Source: Flavobacteriaceae bacterium (GTDB lineage: Bacteria > Bacteroidota > Bacteroidia > Flavobacteriales > Flavobacteriaceae). Taken from it: DNA of 37,441 bases. Position numbers and translations under genes: made by a program. Below are positions 19,353 through 28,353 of this stretch, one piece after another; the stretch's first letter is position 1; each line of letters starts with the position of its first letter. The notes under the pieces were generated by a model. The model searched no databases. It was not told the DNA's origin and saw only the letters and a list, made by a program, of their open reading frames with translations. The DNA is taken from contig JABAYZ010000064.1 of assembly GCA_018608735.1 (NCBI GenBank), positions 396-37,836 on the forward strand. The letters are read 5' to 3'.

Positions 19353-20330
19353 TTATTTTATAGCTATCGACCGTATGATCGCTTCTAACTCAAAAATGTA
19401 ATCGCGTTTTCCAACAGACGGTGCAAAAACAAATCCTTCTGCAATTAAATAGCGACTATTTGCTTTGTCTTCTATCCAATAATTTATAAAAGGGCCCGAC
19501 ATAAATGCATCTTTCACTTGCCAAACACTCTTAGTTTCAAAACTCGTTAAATTTGCCACCTTTGTGTCGCCAAAAAATGGTGTATACGCCTTTTCTGTAG
19601 TCATATAACTCCCCTCTACTGGACCAGGAATATGACGCTTTCCTATGGAATCACGGGTTTTAATAACGTGCTTTGCAAGATCTTCTTTGGTCATATCCTC
19701 ATCGTATGGAAGTGTATATAGCAACATATTCACTGTTCCAGTTTTAATATCTCTTCGAATCCAGAAAAAATCATCGGATTGACTCGCTATTCGATAAATA
19801 GATGGAAACTGGATGTTGATTCCTAATTGTTTGGTGATAGCTGAAGAATTAAATAGCGATTTTTTAATACGACGCTGCTTTTCCTCTATCTCTTGTGTTT
19901 TAAACGCATTTTTGATTTTGTCCTGATTGGTTATAAACTGATCGATAATCTCCTGATTGTTCATTCCACTAACCAAAACCATACGTTGAGGAGAGGCATA
20001 AGGGTTTTTGTAAAATTTTGTAGCCGCAACTTTACCTTTTTGAACTTTTAATACCAGTCGTGTGTTTTTCACAAACCCAGAAAATACCGCAGTTGGGATA
20101 TGTTGTAATGAAAACTGAGGCTCATCTTGGGGGAGTCCATATAGCGGAGCTCCTATCGTAGACCGAATACTTTCACCAACTGAAGAGTCCCACAAATCGT
20201 TAGCAATGACAACAGATAAGTTATTGATGTTTCCTGATGACTGGGGTTTATAAACCTTATCGGGGTTTGACTCATCGCAAGCGATAAAAAGTAACCCTAA
20301 GCATAGTGCTTTTAAAAATAGTCTCATCAA
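19353..20330 (-). CDS. Conserved Bacteroidota lipoprotein (DUF4837-like)
   Basis: Lipobox FIAC; GLPQDEPQF, FMSGPF, KRDYIFELEAI. Confidence 0.7.
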   Translation of the reverse strand: MMRLFLKALCLGLLFIACDESNPDKVYKPQSSGNINNLSVVIANDLWDSSVGESIRSTIGAPLYGLPQDEPQFSLQHIPTAVFSGFVKNTRLVLKVQKGKVAATKFYKNPYASPQRMVLVSGMNNQEIIDQFITNQDKIKNAFKTQEIEEKQRRIKKSLFNSSAITKQLGINIQFPSIYRIASQSDDFFWIRRDIKTGTVNMLLYTLPYDEDMTKEDLAKHVIKTRDSIGKRHIPGPVEGSYMTTEKAYTPFFGDTKVANLTSFETKSVWQVKDAFMSGPFINYWIEDKANSRYLIAEGFVFAPSVGKRDYIFELEAIIRSIAIK

Positions 20331-20338
20331 TTTGTGTT

Positions 20339-21817
20339 TTAGTTAGAAATGATTAACGTCATTCCTGGTTTCAAGTGATTGTCCCAAATATCGTTCCAAT
20401 CTTTTAGATTTTGGATAGAAACGCCTGCTAATTTATTTGAAATACTCCAAAGCGAGTCGCCCGACTTCACTAAATAGGTTGTTTTATTGGTCGAATTTTT
20501 GGCAGTTTTTAAAGAAGTTTTGGGTATGTTAGAGGAGTCTGCAGTAGGGTTTCGAGAGTAAATCGCTAGCCGTTGCCCTATTTTTAAATCATTTGTTCTT
20601 AGCCCATTCCATTGTTTAATTTGACGCACTCTAACTCTAAACTTTCGAGCAATCTTTCCTAAATAATCGCCAGATTTAACCTCATATCTAATTTTAGAAT
20701 CAATTTTAAAAAATTGAGGTAATGGTTTTTCACGCGCTTCAAACTCCGCTTTGGCAGTCGCATAAATTTGTGTTTCATTTTGAACAAAATCACCAATTTT
20801 GGAAAGTGGGAGTCTAAGTGTGTAGGTTTTGTCGTTTAAGACCGGGATAATGTCCAACTTATATGAAGGATTTAGATATTGTAAAATTTCAATTTTGGTT
20901 TCTGTAAGCTCAGCAACTTGATCTAAAGAAATCATTTGTTTCACCTGAATCGTATCGGTTGCAATCATTGGAAGTTGATGTTTACCCTCTTGAAACCCAT
21001 GAGCTTCCGCATATTCAAATAGATAAAGCGTTGCTAAAAAGGCGGGGAGATAACCAGCTGTTTCTCGTGGCAAAAAAGGCCGGATATTCCAGTAGTTTTG
21101 ATAGCCTCCGGATCTTCTTATCGCTTTTGTCACATTTCCTGGGCCAGAATTATAGGCTGCTAACGCAAGGTCCCAGTCCCCGAATGTTTTGTAAAGTGAT
21201 TCTAGGTATTTGGCAGCGGCATTAGTAGAGCGTAAAGGGTCGCAGCGTTCATCGACATAACTGCTAACTTCAAGTCCATATTGTTTGCCCGTAGCAAACA
21301 TAAACTGCCAAAGTCCTGTAGCACCTACACGCGATTTTGCTCGCGGTTTTAAAGCAGACTCTACAACTGCCAAATATTTAATTTCTAAAGGAAGATTGTG
21401 TTTGTCTAAAACGGCTTCAAACATTGGAAAGTAATACTGACTCCGGCTGATAAGCGTTTCTGTTGAACGTTTACGGTTCTTTAAATCGCTCTTAATAACA
21501 CTTTCTAAAGTAGGGTTGTATGCTATGTTAAATGGTGTTTTTGCGTTAAGAATAGCCAATCGTTTTTTGAGTGTGTCGGTTGGTAATTCTGGATAATAAA
21601 TCGCTTCATACGACGGCTTGGAAATAGGGAGTGTATCGTACAAGGAATTCGTATACAATTCCGCATGCCAGCGTGCTTCAATTTCTTCAACAGCAGTACG
21701 ACGAAGCTGAACAGAGTCAATTATTGACGTGTTTACAGCCGTCAAGCTGTCGGTGCTTTGACCGTGCAAAAACGCAAAATTTAATATCCCTAAAATTAAA
21801 AAGACGATGCGTTTCAT
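20339..21817 (-). CDS. MltD-like lytic transglycosylase with LysM domains
   Basis: LAVVESAL, GATGLWQFM, ALAAYNSG, LPRETAGY; two LysM repeats (YEVKSGDYL, YLVKSGDSL). Confidence 0.92.
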   Translation of the reverse strand: MKRIVFLILGILNFAFLHGQSTDSLTAVNTSIIDSVQLRRTAVEEIEARWHAELYTNSLYDTLPISKPSYEAIYYPELPTDTLKKRLAILNAKTPFNIAYNPTLESVIKSDLKNRKRSTETLISRSQYYFPMFEAVLDKHNLPLEIKYLAVVESALKPRAKSRVGATGLWQFMFATGKQYGLEVSSYVDERCDPLRSTNAAAKYLESLYKTFGDWDLALAAYNSGPGNVTKAIRRSGGYQNYWNIRPFLPRETAGYLPAFLATLYLFEYAEAHGFQEGKHQLPMIATDTIQVKQMISLDQVAELTETKIEILQYLNPSYKLDIIPVLNDKTYTLRLPLSKIGDFVQNETQIYATAKAEFEAREKPLPQFFKIDSKIRYEVKSGDYLGKIARKFRVRVRQIKQWNGLRTNDLKIGQRLAIYSRNPTADSSNIPKTSLKTAKNSTNKTTYLVKSGDSLWSISNKLAGVSIQNLKDWNDIWDNHLKPGMTLIISN

Positions 21818-21870
21818 TTTATAAAATCACGATTCATATTATCCGTTACGCTTTAGCCAAAGCACACAAA

Positions 21871-23058
21871 TTACTCAGATATAGCGGCAATTCCAGGAAG
21901 GGTTTTTCCTTCTAAACTTTCTAACATTGCGCCTCCTCCTGTACTTACATAGCTCACTTTATCTTCAAAGCCAAATTGCTTCACAGCCGCCACAGAATCA
22001 CCACCACCAACAAGTGAGAATGCACCGTTTTTAGTCGCCTCAGCAATTGAATCTCCTAAGGCAATCGTTCCAGAAGAAAATGTTTCCATTTCAAAAACCC
22101 CTAAAGGCCCGTTCCATAAAATAGTTTTACATTGTTGTACGACATCATGAAATATCGCTTTTGATTTTGGACCACAGTCTAAACCTTGCCAGTTTTCAGG
22201 AATTGATCTTACATCTACAACTTGTGTGTTAGCTGTATTACTAAAGTCATCGGCTGCCAATACATCTACTGGAATATGGATTTGAACATTTTTAGCTTTA
22301 GCTTTTTCAAGAATTTGAAGAGCTAATTCCATTTTATCATCTTCACAAATAGAATCTCCAACATGTCCGCCTTGTGCTTTTACAAACGTAAAAGTCATAC
22401 CACCACCAATAATCAAATGGTCAACTTTATCTAAAATATTATCTATAATGGTAATTTTAGAAGATACTTTTGCACCACCTAAAATGGCCAAAACTGGCTT
22501 TTGTCCAGTTTGCATTACTTTATCAATACTTTCAATTTCTTGAGCAAGCAATTTACCAAAGCATTTATTCTCTGGAAAAAATTGCGCAATAATTGTAGTT
22601 GATGCATGCGCTCTATGTGCTGTACCGAAAGCGTCATTGATATAAAAATCTCCTAATTTAGAAAGTGATTCTGCAAAACCTATATCGCCTTTAGTTTCTT
22701 CAGTGTGGTAGCGTAAATTTTCCAACAAAAGAACCTGACCAGGTTGTAAATCCTCTGAAGCCTTTTGAGCGTCTTCACCAATACAATCACCCGAAAACAA
22801 AACACTAACACCTAAAACTGTTTCTAGTGTACTCACAATGTGACGTAATGAAAATTCTGACTCCTGAGATTTTGGCCGACCCAAGTGAGACATTAAAATA
22901 CAACTTCCGCCGTCTTCCAAAACCTTTAAAATTGTAGGTTTAGCAGAAACAATTCTAGTACTATCAGTAACTTCAAATTGGTCGTTTAACGGGACATTAA
23001 AATCGACACGTATTAATGCTTTTGTATTTTTAAAATTTACGTTTTCTATTGTTTTCAT
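21871..23058 (-). CDS. pgk: Phosphoglycerate kinase
   Basis: RVDFNVP, SHLGRP, LLENLR, NDAFGTAHRAH, GGAKVS, WNGPLGVFE, GGGDS, STGGGA. Confidence 0.98.
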   Translation of the reverse strand: MKTIENVNFKNTKALIRVDFNVPLNDQFEVTDSTRIVSAKPTILKVLEDGGSCILMSHLGRPKSQESEFSLRHIVSTLETVLGVSVLFSGDCIGEDAQKASEDLQPGQVLLLENLRYHTEETKGDIGFAESLSKLGDFYINDAFGTAHRAHASTTIIAQFFPENKCFGKLLAQEIESIDKVMQTGQKPVLAILGGAKVSSKITIIDNILDKVDHLIIGGGMTFTFVKAQGGHVGDSICEDDKMELALQILEKAKAKNVQIHIPVDVLAADDFSNTANTQVVDVRSIPENWQGLDCGPKSKAIFHDVVQQCKTILWNGPLGVFEMETFSSGTIALGDSIAEATKNGAFSLVGGGDSVAAVKQFGFEDKVSYVSTGGGAMLESLEGKTLPGIAAISE

Positions 23059-23095
23059 AACTTAGGAATAATTTTGTATAATTTTTTTAAGATTT

Positions 23096-23103
23096 CAAAG
23101 GTA
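23096..23103 (-). promoter_or_regulatory. -7 promoter box (TACCTTTG) for pgk
   Basis: Plus-strand CAAAGGTA, 37 nt upstream of pgk ATG. Confidence 0.6.
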
Positions 23104-23237
23104 AGTATTTCTTTTAGCCTATGAAATGTACACCTTAGAAAGTTGTGTCCTAACACGATAAAATTTACTGTGGGGCTGCTAATCATTTTTAGGATAGAGG
23201 GACTGTAGATTTCGTAATGAGATTCAATTAAATCTGC

Positions 23238-23245
23238 TATCTTTG
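23238..23245 (+). promoter_or_regulatory. -7 promoter box (TATCTTTG) for holB
   Basis: TAnnTTTG ending 4 nt before ATG 23250. Confidence 0.6.
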
Positions 23246-23249
23246 TTTT

Positions 23250-24377
23250 ATGACGTTTGAGGATATAATAGGACACGATTTTCTAAAAAAACATTTGAAA
23301 CAGGGGGTAAGCTCTGGACGAATTCCACATGCACAACTTTATGTTGGGAAACGAGGTGTAGGCGGACTTCCTATGGCTATTGCGTATGCGGATTATTTGA
23401 TGACTCAGCAAGACGGGGGTGTTGGTCAAATGAATGCACTAACACATCCTAACATCCATTTTGTATATCCCGTAACCACAAGTGATAAAGTAAAATCGAA
23501 GCCGATCTCGTCCAACTACCTTACAGAATGGCGTTCCTTTGTAGAAACTAACCCATACGGATCCATCAACGATTGGTATGATTTAGTTGGGGTTGGCAAT
23601 AAACAGGGAAATATTGGGGTTGAAGAAGCCAATGATATCGTATCTAAAATGGCCTTAAAAGCATTTAACGGCGGTTACAAGGTCATGATTGTGTGGATGG
23701 CGGAAAAAATGAATTCGATGTGCGCCAATAAATTACTAAAGTTAATTGAAGAGCCTGCAAACAAAACAGTTATTATTCTTGTAACTGAGGACGAAGAACA
23801 GCTTATTAACACCATTCGATCACGTTGTCAAACCGTTCACTTGAATCCTCTCTCTGAAGCAACCCTAAAAAATACGCTTACAACTAAGCATAATACAGAG
23901 GCTAGTTTGGCTCAAAACATTGCCCACCAATCGGAAGGAAGCTATAGTAGAGCTCTTGATTTATTAAGTCAAGACTCCGAAGATCTGCAGTTTGAGGCAT
24001 GGTTCATCGCATGGGTACGGACGGCATTTCAGGCAAAAAGTAACAAACAATCTATTAACCATTTAATGGCTTGGAGTGATGAAATTTCTAAAACTGGTCG
24101 GGAGATTCAAAAACAATTCTTGGACTATAGCCTTCGCTTTTTTAGGCAAGCACTATTATACAATTATGGTGCCAACGAATTGGTTTTCATGAAGTTAAAT
24201 GATAAATCATTTAAATTTGAAAAATTCGCGCCATTTATTGACGCTTCCAACATCGCCGAAATTTCTAAAGAAATTGAATTGGCAAATTATCACATTGAAC
24301 GCAATGCAAATGCAAAAATCGTTTTAACCGATTTGTCAATAAAACTCACTCGTTTATTACACTTAAAAAAAGCTTAG
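23250..24377 (+). CDS. holB: DNA polymerase III subunit delta'
   Basis: IIGH, RIPHAQL, HPNIHF, YKVMIVW.AEKMN...ANKLLKLIEEP, TIRSRC. Confidence 0.9.
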   Translation: MTFEDIIGHDFLKKHLKQGVSSGRIPHAQLYVGKRGVGGLPMAIAYADYLMTQQDGGVGQMNALTHPNIHFVYPVTTSDKVKSKPISSNYLTEWRSFVETNPYGSINDWYDLVGVGNKQGNIGVEEANDIVSKMALKAFNGGYKVMIVWMAEKMNSMCANKLLKLIEEPANKTVIILVTEDEEQLINTIRSRCQTVHLNPLSEATLKNTLTTKHNTEASLAQNIAHQSEGSYSRALDLLSQDSEDLQFEAWFIAWVRTAFQAKSNKQSINHLMAWSDEISKTGREIQKQFLDYSLRFFRQALLYNYGANELVFMKLNDKSFKFEKFAPFIDASNIAEISKEIELANYHIERNANAKIVLTDLSIKLTRLLHLKKA

Positions 24378-24886
24378 TTCTTGGTATAACTTTCGTTGAG
24401 CGCTTTTAAAATTTCTTGTGTTAAGTCTGACGCGTCTTTACCATATAATACACTACCAGCTTCGTTGCTTCCTAAAATGAAGTTATAGCTATTAGATTTT
24501 CCATAGGCTCTAACAAAGTCCTTAACCTTATTAATAACAGAATCATTAAGCGTTTGACTTTCTTGAGCAATTTGTTGTTGTTCAAATTGAACACGTTGCG
24601 ATAATACTTGTTCTTTTTGCTGAAGCTGTTGGGATAGTTTTTGAATGTCGGATTGAGACATTTTTCGAGCTTTAAGTTCAGCTTCTTTTATCTCCAATTC
24701 AAAAGCAGATCGTAAGCTATCGGTACGCATTTTAAATGCATCTACTTTGGTTTGAAGCTTTGCTTCAATATCAACACGTTCTTGATACTCATTAATAAGA
24801 ACCCCATTATCTACAAACCCAATTTTTTGTTGTTGGCAGGCTGTGAAGCTAATTAATGTTAAAATTGCAATACCTAAATTTTTCAT
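24374..24886 (-). CDS. OmpH/Skp family chaperone (lipoprotein signal)
   Basis: FTAC lipobox, KIGFVD, coiled coil, YNFILG...VLYG...DLT. Confidence 0.88.
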   Translation of the reverse strand: MKNLGIAILTLISFTACQQQKIGFVDNGVLINEYQERVDIEAKLQTKVDAFKMRTDSLRSAFELEIKEAELKARKMSQSDIQKLSQQLQQKEQVLSQRVQFEQQQIAQESQTLNDSVINKVKDFVRAYGKSNSYNFILGSNEAGSVLYGKDASDLTQEILKALNESYTKN

Positions 24887-24910
24887 AGTAGTTAAGTTTG
24901 TTTATGATTG

Positions 24911-24918
24911 CAAAAGTA
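24911..24918 (-). promoter_or_regulatory. -7 promoter box (TACTTTTG) for ompH
   Basis: Plus-strand CAAAAGTA. Confidence 0.6.
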
Positions 24919-25113
24919 AAAAAAGTAATTACAATATTCTGAAAAATAATTGTCGGAATTTAAATATAGAAAAAAACTATCGTCTGGTTTAATTAGAATT
25001 AGTTAAATCTATTAGTTTTATTGTCTTAAAAGCACCCTTAGATTACGGTAAATAAATTCCGGAGGTGATTGTAGGCCTCAAAAGTAAAACAGCGCCTAAA
25101 AGGGCTTAAAACG

Positions 25114-25968
25114 CTAATCCTTGTTTTTTAAGACATATATAAGTGAAGAGTACTCTCCTGTCTTAGCCGCTTTCAAATTTGACAGAAATCCCGTCCATAA
25201 ACTACTTAAAAATCGATGTGAACCTGTTTTTAATTTATTGGAAAGTAAACTCACATAGTAAGCGTCCATGACTAAAGGGTGTGTAGACTCTACTCGCATT
25301 TGTACTTCCGAAAATACTTTAGGAATCGATTGTTGAGAGAAATGCCAGAGGTGCCTAGGAACATCATAGGCTGCCCAAAAGGCTTTAAAATGATTGGCAT
25401 CAAAACTATTAAAGTTTGGCACTGCAACCACAATACGGCCGTTTGGCCTAAGAAGTTTATGAAATAGTTTAATGTCTTTTTCCAAGTTAGGAAGGTGTTC
25501 CAACACATGCCAAAGTGTAATAACATCAAACGAACTTTCAGAGAGTTGTTGTAGAGCTTCAGTATCAAAAACACTACCCGGCGCTTTTAAATTTGCCAAG
25601 CGTCTTGCAGACGGATTGGGTTCAACACCCCTAACGTTCCAACCTTTTTTTTGAGCAGTTCTTATAAAAAATCCTGTTCCTGCTCCGACATCTAATAAGG
25701 TGCTTTGCTTGGATTTGAATGGCTTAATCAGTTTGAGCTTTCGGCGGACAGACACATATCTTACGACATGGTATACCATATCAAAAAGCGATCGGCGCTG
25801 GTTGGTATGCGAAATATAATTTGTGTCGGAATAGTAACTTGAAAGCTCAGACTCTGACGGCTTAGGATGTGTATACAGCAACGCTCTATCAGCATCATAA
25901 ATGAGCTCAAAAGAATCTCCGCTAACGGAATGATCTTTAAGTTTCAACGGCGTTTTTTCTGTTTTCAT
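25114..25968 (-). CDS. Class I SAM-dependent methyltransferase (start probably 25968; the upstream MFHVER is translated parS)
   Basis: LLDVGAGTGFF, GVEP, FDVITLWHVLEH, AVPN, YDVPRHLWHF. Confidence 0.9.
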   Translation of the reverse strand: MKTEKTPLKLKDHSVSGDSFELIYDADRALLYTHPKPSESELSSYYSDTNYISHTNQRRSLFDMVYHVVRYVSVRRKLKLIKPFKSKQSTLLDVGAGTGFFIRTAQKKGWNVRGVEPNPSARRLANLKAPGSVFDTEALQQLSESSFDVITLWHVLEHLPNLEKDIKLFHKLLRPNGRIVVAVPNFNSFDANHFKAFWAAYDVPRHLWHFSQQSIPKVFSEVQMRVESTHPLVMDAYYVSLLSNKLKTGSHRFLSSLWTGFLSNLKAAKTGEYSSLIYVLKNKD

Positions 25969-25972
25969 ACAA

Positions 25973-25988
25973 CGTTCCACGTGGAACA
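25973..25988. promoter_or_regulatory. parS site (CGTTCCACGTGGAACA)
   Basis: 15/16 match to the palindrome TGTTCCACGTGGAACA; fits parS consensus TGTTNCACGTGNAACA. Confidence 0.85.
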
Positions 25989-26000
25989 ATTTAAATTAAT

Positions 26001-27872
26001 CTAACGTCCCATATACACCAAAAGGACTGAAATATCATTAGGAGATACACCACTAATTCGGGAGGCTTGAGCAACGGTCGTTGGTTGTACTTTCTTTAGC
26101 TTTTCTCGGGCTTCATAGCTCATCGATTTGATTTGAGAATAATCAAATCCGGAGGGAATTTTAACGTACTCTAAACGTATCAGTTTGTCTGCGTTGTTTT
26201 TTTCTTTTGTAATATATCCCGAATACTTGACCTGAATTTCTGCTTGTTCAATAACCTCAGTGTCCAAATTATTAGATTGAATATACGATTCTACAGCTTC
26301 AAACTTACGCACATCTTCTATGCCAATATTAGGTCTAGAAAATATTTTAAACATCTTATCAGATTGTCTAATAGGAGCGGAGTCTTTACTTTCTAGAACT
26401 GGATTGGCCTCTTCGGGCTTAACGCTTTGTGTTTTAAAAAACCCTACAAAAGCTTCTGCTTTTGATAGTTTTTCTTCCATACGTCTTAAACGTTTTTCGC
26501 TAGCAATCCCGAGCTCATAGCCTTTTGGCGTCAGTCGGATATCTGCATTGTCTTGTCTTAAAAGCGTACGGTATTCTGCTCTAGATGTGAACATACGGTA
26601 AGGCTCTTCAGTCCCTTTAGTGATAAGGTCATCAATTAAAACTCCTATATAAGCTTCGTTTCGTTTTAATAAAAACGGTTCTTTTTCTTGTACTTTTAAG
26701 CTGGCGTTAATTCCTGCCATTAAGCCTTGAGACGCCGCTTCTTCATAACCGGTTGTGCCGTTAATTTGACCTGCAAAATAAAGCCCTTTAACCAACTTCG
26801 TTTCCAAAGAATGGGTCAACTGTGTAGGTGGAAAATAATCATATTCAATCGCGTAGCCAGGTCTAAAAAACTTAACCTGTTCAAAGCCTTTTACAGCCCT
26901 TAGTGCGTTAAACTGAATATCCTCAGGTAAGGAGGTAGAGAACCCATTAATATAATATTCAACAGTATTCCAACCTTCTGGTTCCACAAAAATCTGATGG
27001 CGATCCTTATCCGCAAAACGGTTAATTTTATCTTCGATTGAAGGACAATAACGAGGCCCTAAGCTTTGAATACGTCCATTAAACATTGGCGATCTATCAA
27101 AACCTTCTCGTAATAAATTATGAACTTCTAAACTTGTATAAGACATATGACAAGAGCGTTGATTTGTCAGCGGCTTGGTTCGGTCAGAGTATGAGAATTT
27201 CTCAGGAACGACATCTCCAGGTTGCTCAATCATTTTAGAAAAATCTAACGACCGGCCATCTACCCTAGGTGGAGTCCCTGTTTTCATTCGTCCAGATTCA
27301 AAACCTAAATCAACAAGTTGTTCCGTGATGCCTGTTGCGGCCCTTTCGCCTGCACGGCCACCACCAAAGTTTTTATCACCAATATGAATCAAGCCGTTTA
27401 AAAAAGTACCATTGGTTAGCACTACCGATTTGGCGCGTATCTCAACACCCAATGATGTTTTTACACCCTTAACTTCATCTGCTTCGACAACAAGACCAGT
27501 TACCATTTCCTGATAAAAATCTAAGTTCTTCGTTTGCTCTAATAGTAATCTCCAATCTTCTGCGAAACGCATGCGATCACTTTGAACACGAGGACTCCAC
27601 ATGGCGGGCCCTTTGGATTTGTTAAGCATTTTAAATTGGATGGCAGAGGTGTCACTTACGATTCCGCTATAGCCTCCGAGGGCATCAATTTCACGAACAA
27701 TCTGACCTTTTGCAATGCCCCCCATTGCAGGGTTGCAGGACATTTGGGCTATATTTTGAAGGTTCATTGTAACGAGCAGGGTATGGCATCCCATATTAGC
27801 TGCGGCTGCCGCGGCCTCGCTACCAGCATGGCCACCACCTACTACAATTACATCGTAAATTTTATCAAACAT
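26001..27872 (-). CDS. mnmG: tRNA uridine-5-carboxymethylaminomethyl(34) synthesis enzyme MnmG (GidA)
   Basis: VVGGGHAG, MSCNPAMGG, KTGTPPR, GPRYCPSIEDK, AGQINGTTGYEEA, EPYRMFTSRAEYR. Confidence 0.98.
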   Translation of the reverse strand: MFDKIYDVIVVGGGHAGSEAAAAAANMGCHTLLVTMNLQNIAQMSCNPAMGGIAKGQIVREIDALGGYSGIVSDTSAIQFKMLNKSKGPAMWSPRVQSDRMRFAEDWRLLLEQTKNLDFYQEMVTGLVVEADEVKGVKTSLGVEIRAKSVVLTNGTFLNGLIHIGDKNFGGGRAGERAATGITEQLVDLGFESGRMKTGTPPRVDGRSLDFSKMIEQPGDVVPEKFSYSDRTKPLTNQRSCHMSYTSLEVHNLLREGFDRSPMFNGRIQSLGPRYCPSIEDKINRFADKDRHQIFVEPEGWNTVEYYINGFSTSLPEDIQFNALRAVKGFEQVKFFRPGYAIEYDYFPPTQLTHSLETKLVKGLYFAGQINGTTGYEEAASQGLMAGINASLKVQEKEPFLLKRNEAYIGVLIDDLITKGTEEPYRMFTSRAEYRTLLRQDNADIRLTPKGYELGIASEKRLRRMEEKLSKAEAFVGFFKTQSVKPEEANPVLESKDSAPIRQSDKMFKIFSRPNIGIEDVRKFEAVESYIQSNNLDTEVIEQAEIQVKYSGYITKEKNNADKLIRLEYVKIPSGFDYSQIKSMSYEAREKLKKVQPTTVAQASRISGVSPNDISVLLVYMGR

Positions 27873-27887
27873 TGATTATAGTATTAA

Positions 27888-27903
27888 TGTTCCACGTGGA
27901 ACA
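27888..27903. promoter_or_regulatory. parS site (perfect palindrome TGTTCCACGTGGAACA)
   Basis: Perfect 16-bp palindrome matching parS consensus, 15 nt upstream of mnmG ATG. Confidence 0.9.
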
Positions 27904-27918
27904 AATCATTTGCAGTTG

Positions 27919-27926
27919 CAAATATA
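27919..27926 (-). promoter_or_regulatory. -7 promoter box (TATATTTG) for mnmG
   Basis: Plus-strand CAAATATA. Confidence 0.6.
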
Positions 27927-27939
27927 AGGCTTTAGAAAA

Positions 27940-28353
27940 TTAATCTACACGTTGTTGAAGATAGAACTCTTCTTTGGAGCGCATCGTTGCTGCATCAGTC
28001 GTAGATTTATCCTTATAACCACAGTAATGCAACATGCCATGCGCCATTACTCTTGAAAGTTCCGCTTCAAAAGTTTGACTAAATTCATTAGCGTTTTCTC
28101 GGACACGTTCTATAGAAATAAAAATTTCGCCATGAATTTCTTTGCCTATTGAATAGTCGAAACTAATGACATCTGTAAGCGTGTCATGATCTAAAAATTC
28201 AACGTTTAGTTTGTGCAGATATTCATCGTCACAAAATACAATAGAAACTTCACCTTCGTTGTAACCTTCTTGCGAAATAATAGAGCTAAGCCAACTGGAC
28301 GTTTGTTCAGCGGCTGAAATTTCGAATGGTATTTCTGAATGGAAACTAATCAT
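27940..28353 (-). CDS. ybeY: rRNA maturation RNase YbeY
   Basis: LN..FL.HD.LTDVISF, GEIFIS, RVMAHGMLHYCGYKD. Confidence 0.94.
   Translation of the reverse strand: MISFHSEIPFEISAAEQTSSWLSSIISQEGYNEGEVSIVFCDDEYLHKLNVEFLDHDTLTDVISFDYSIGKEIHGEIFISIERVRENANEFSQTFEAELSRVMAHGMLHYCGYKDKSTTDAATMRSKEEFYLQQRVD

Noticed and set aside
25969-25989. MFHVERC N-terminal extension of the methyltransferase
   Set aside because: It is the translated parS palindrome; the ATG at 25968 is preferred.
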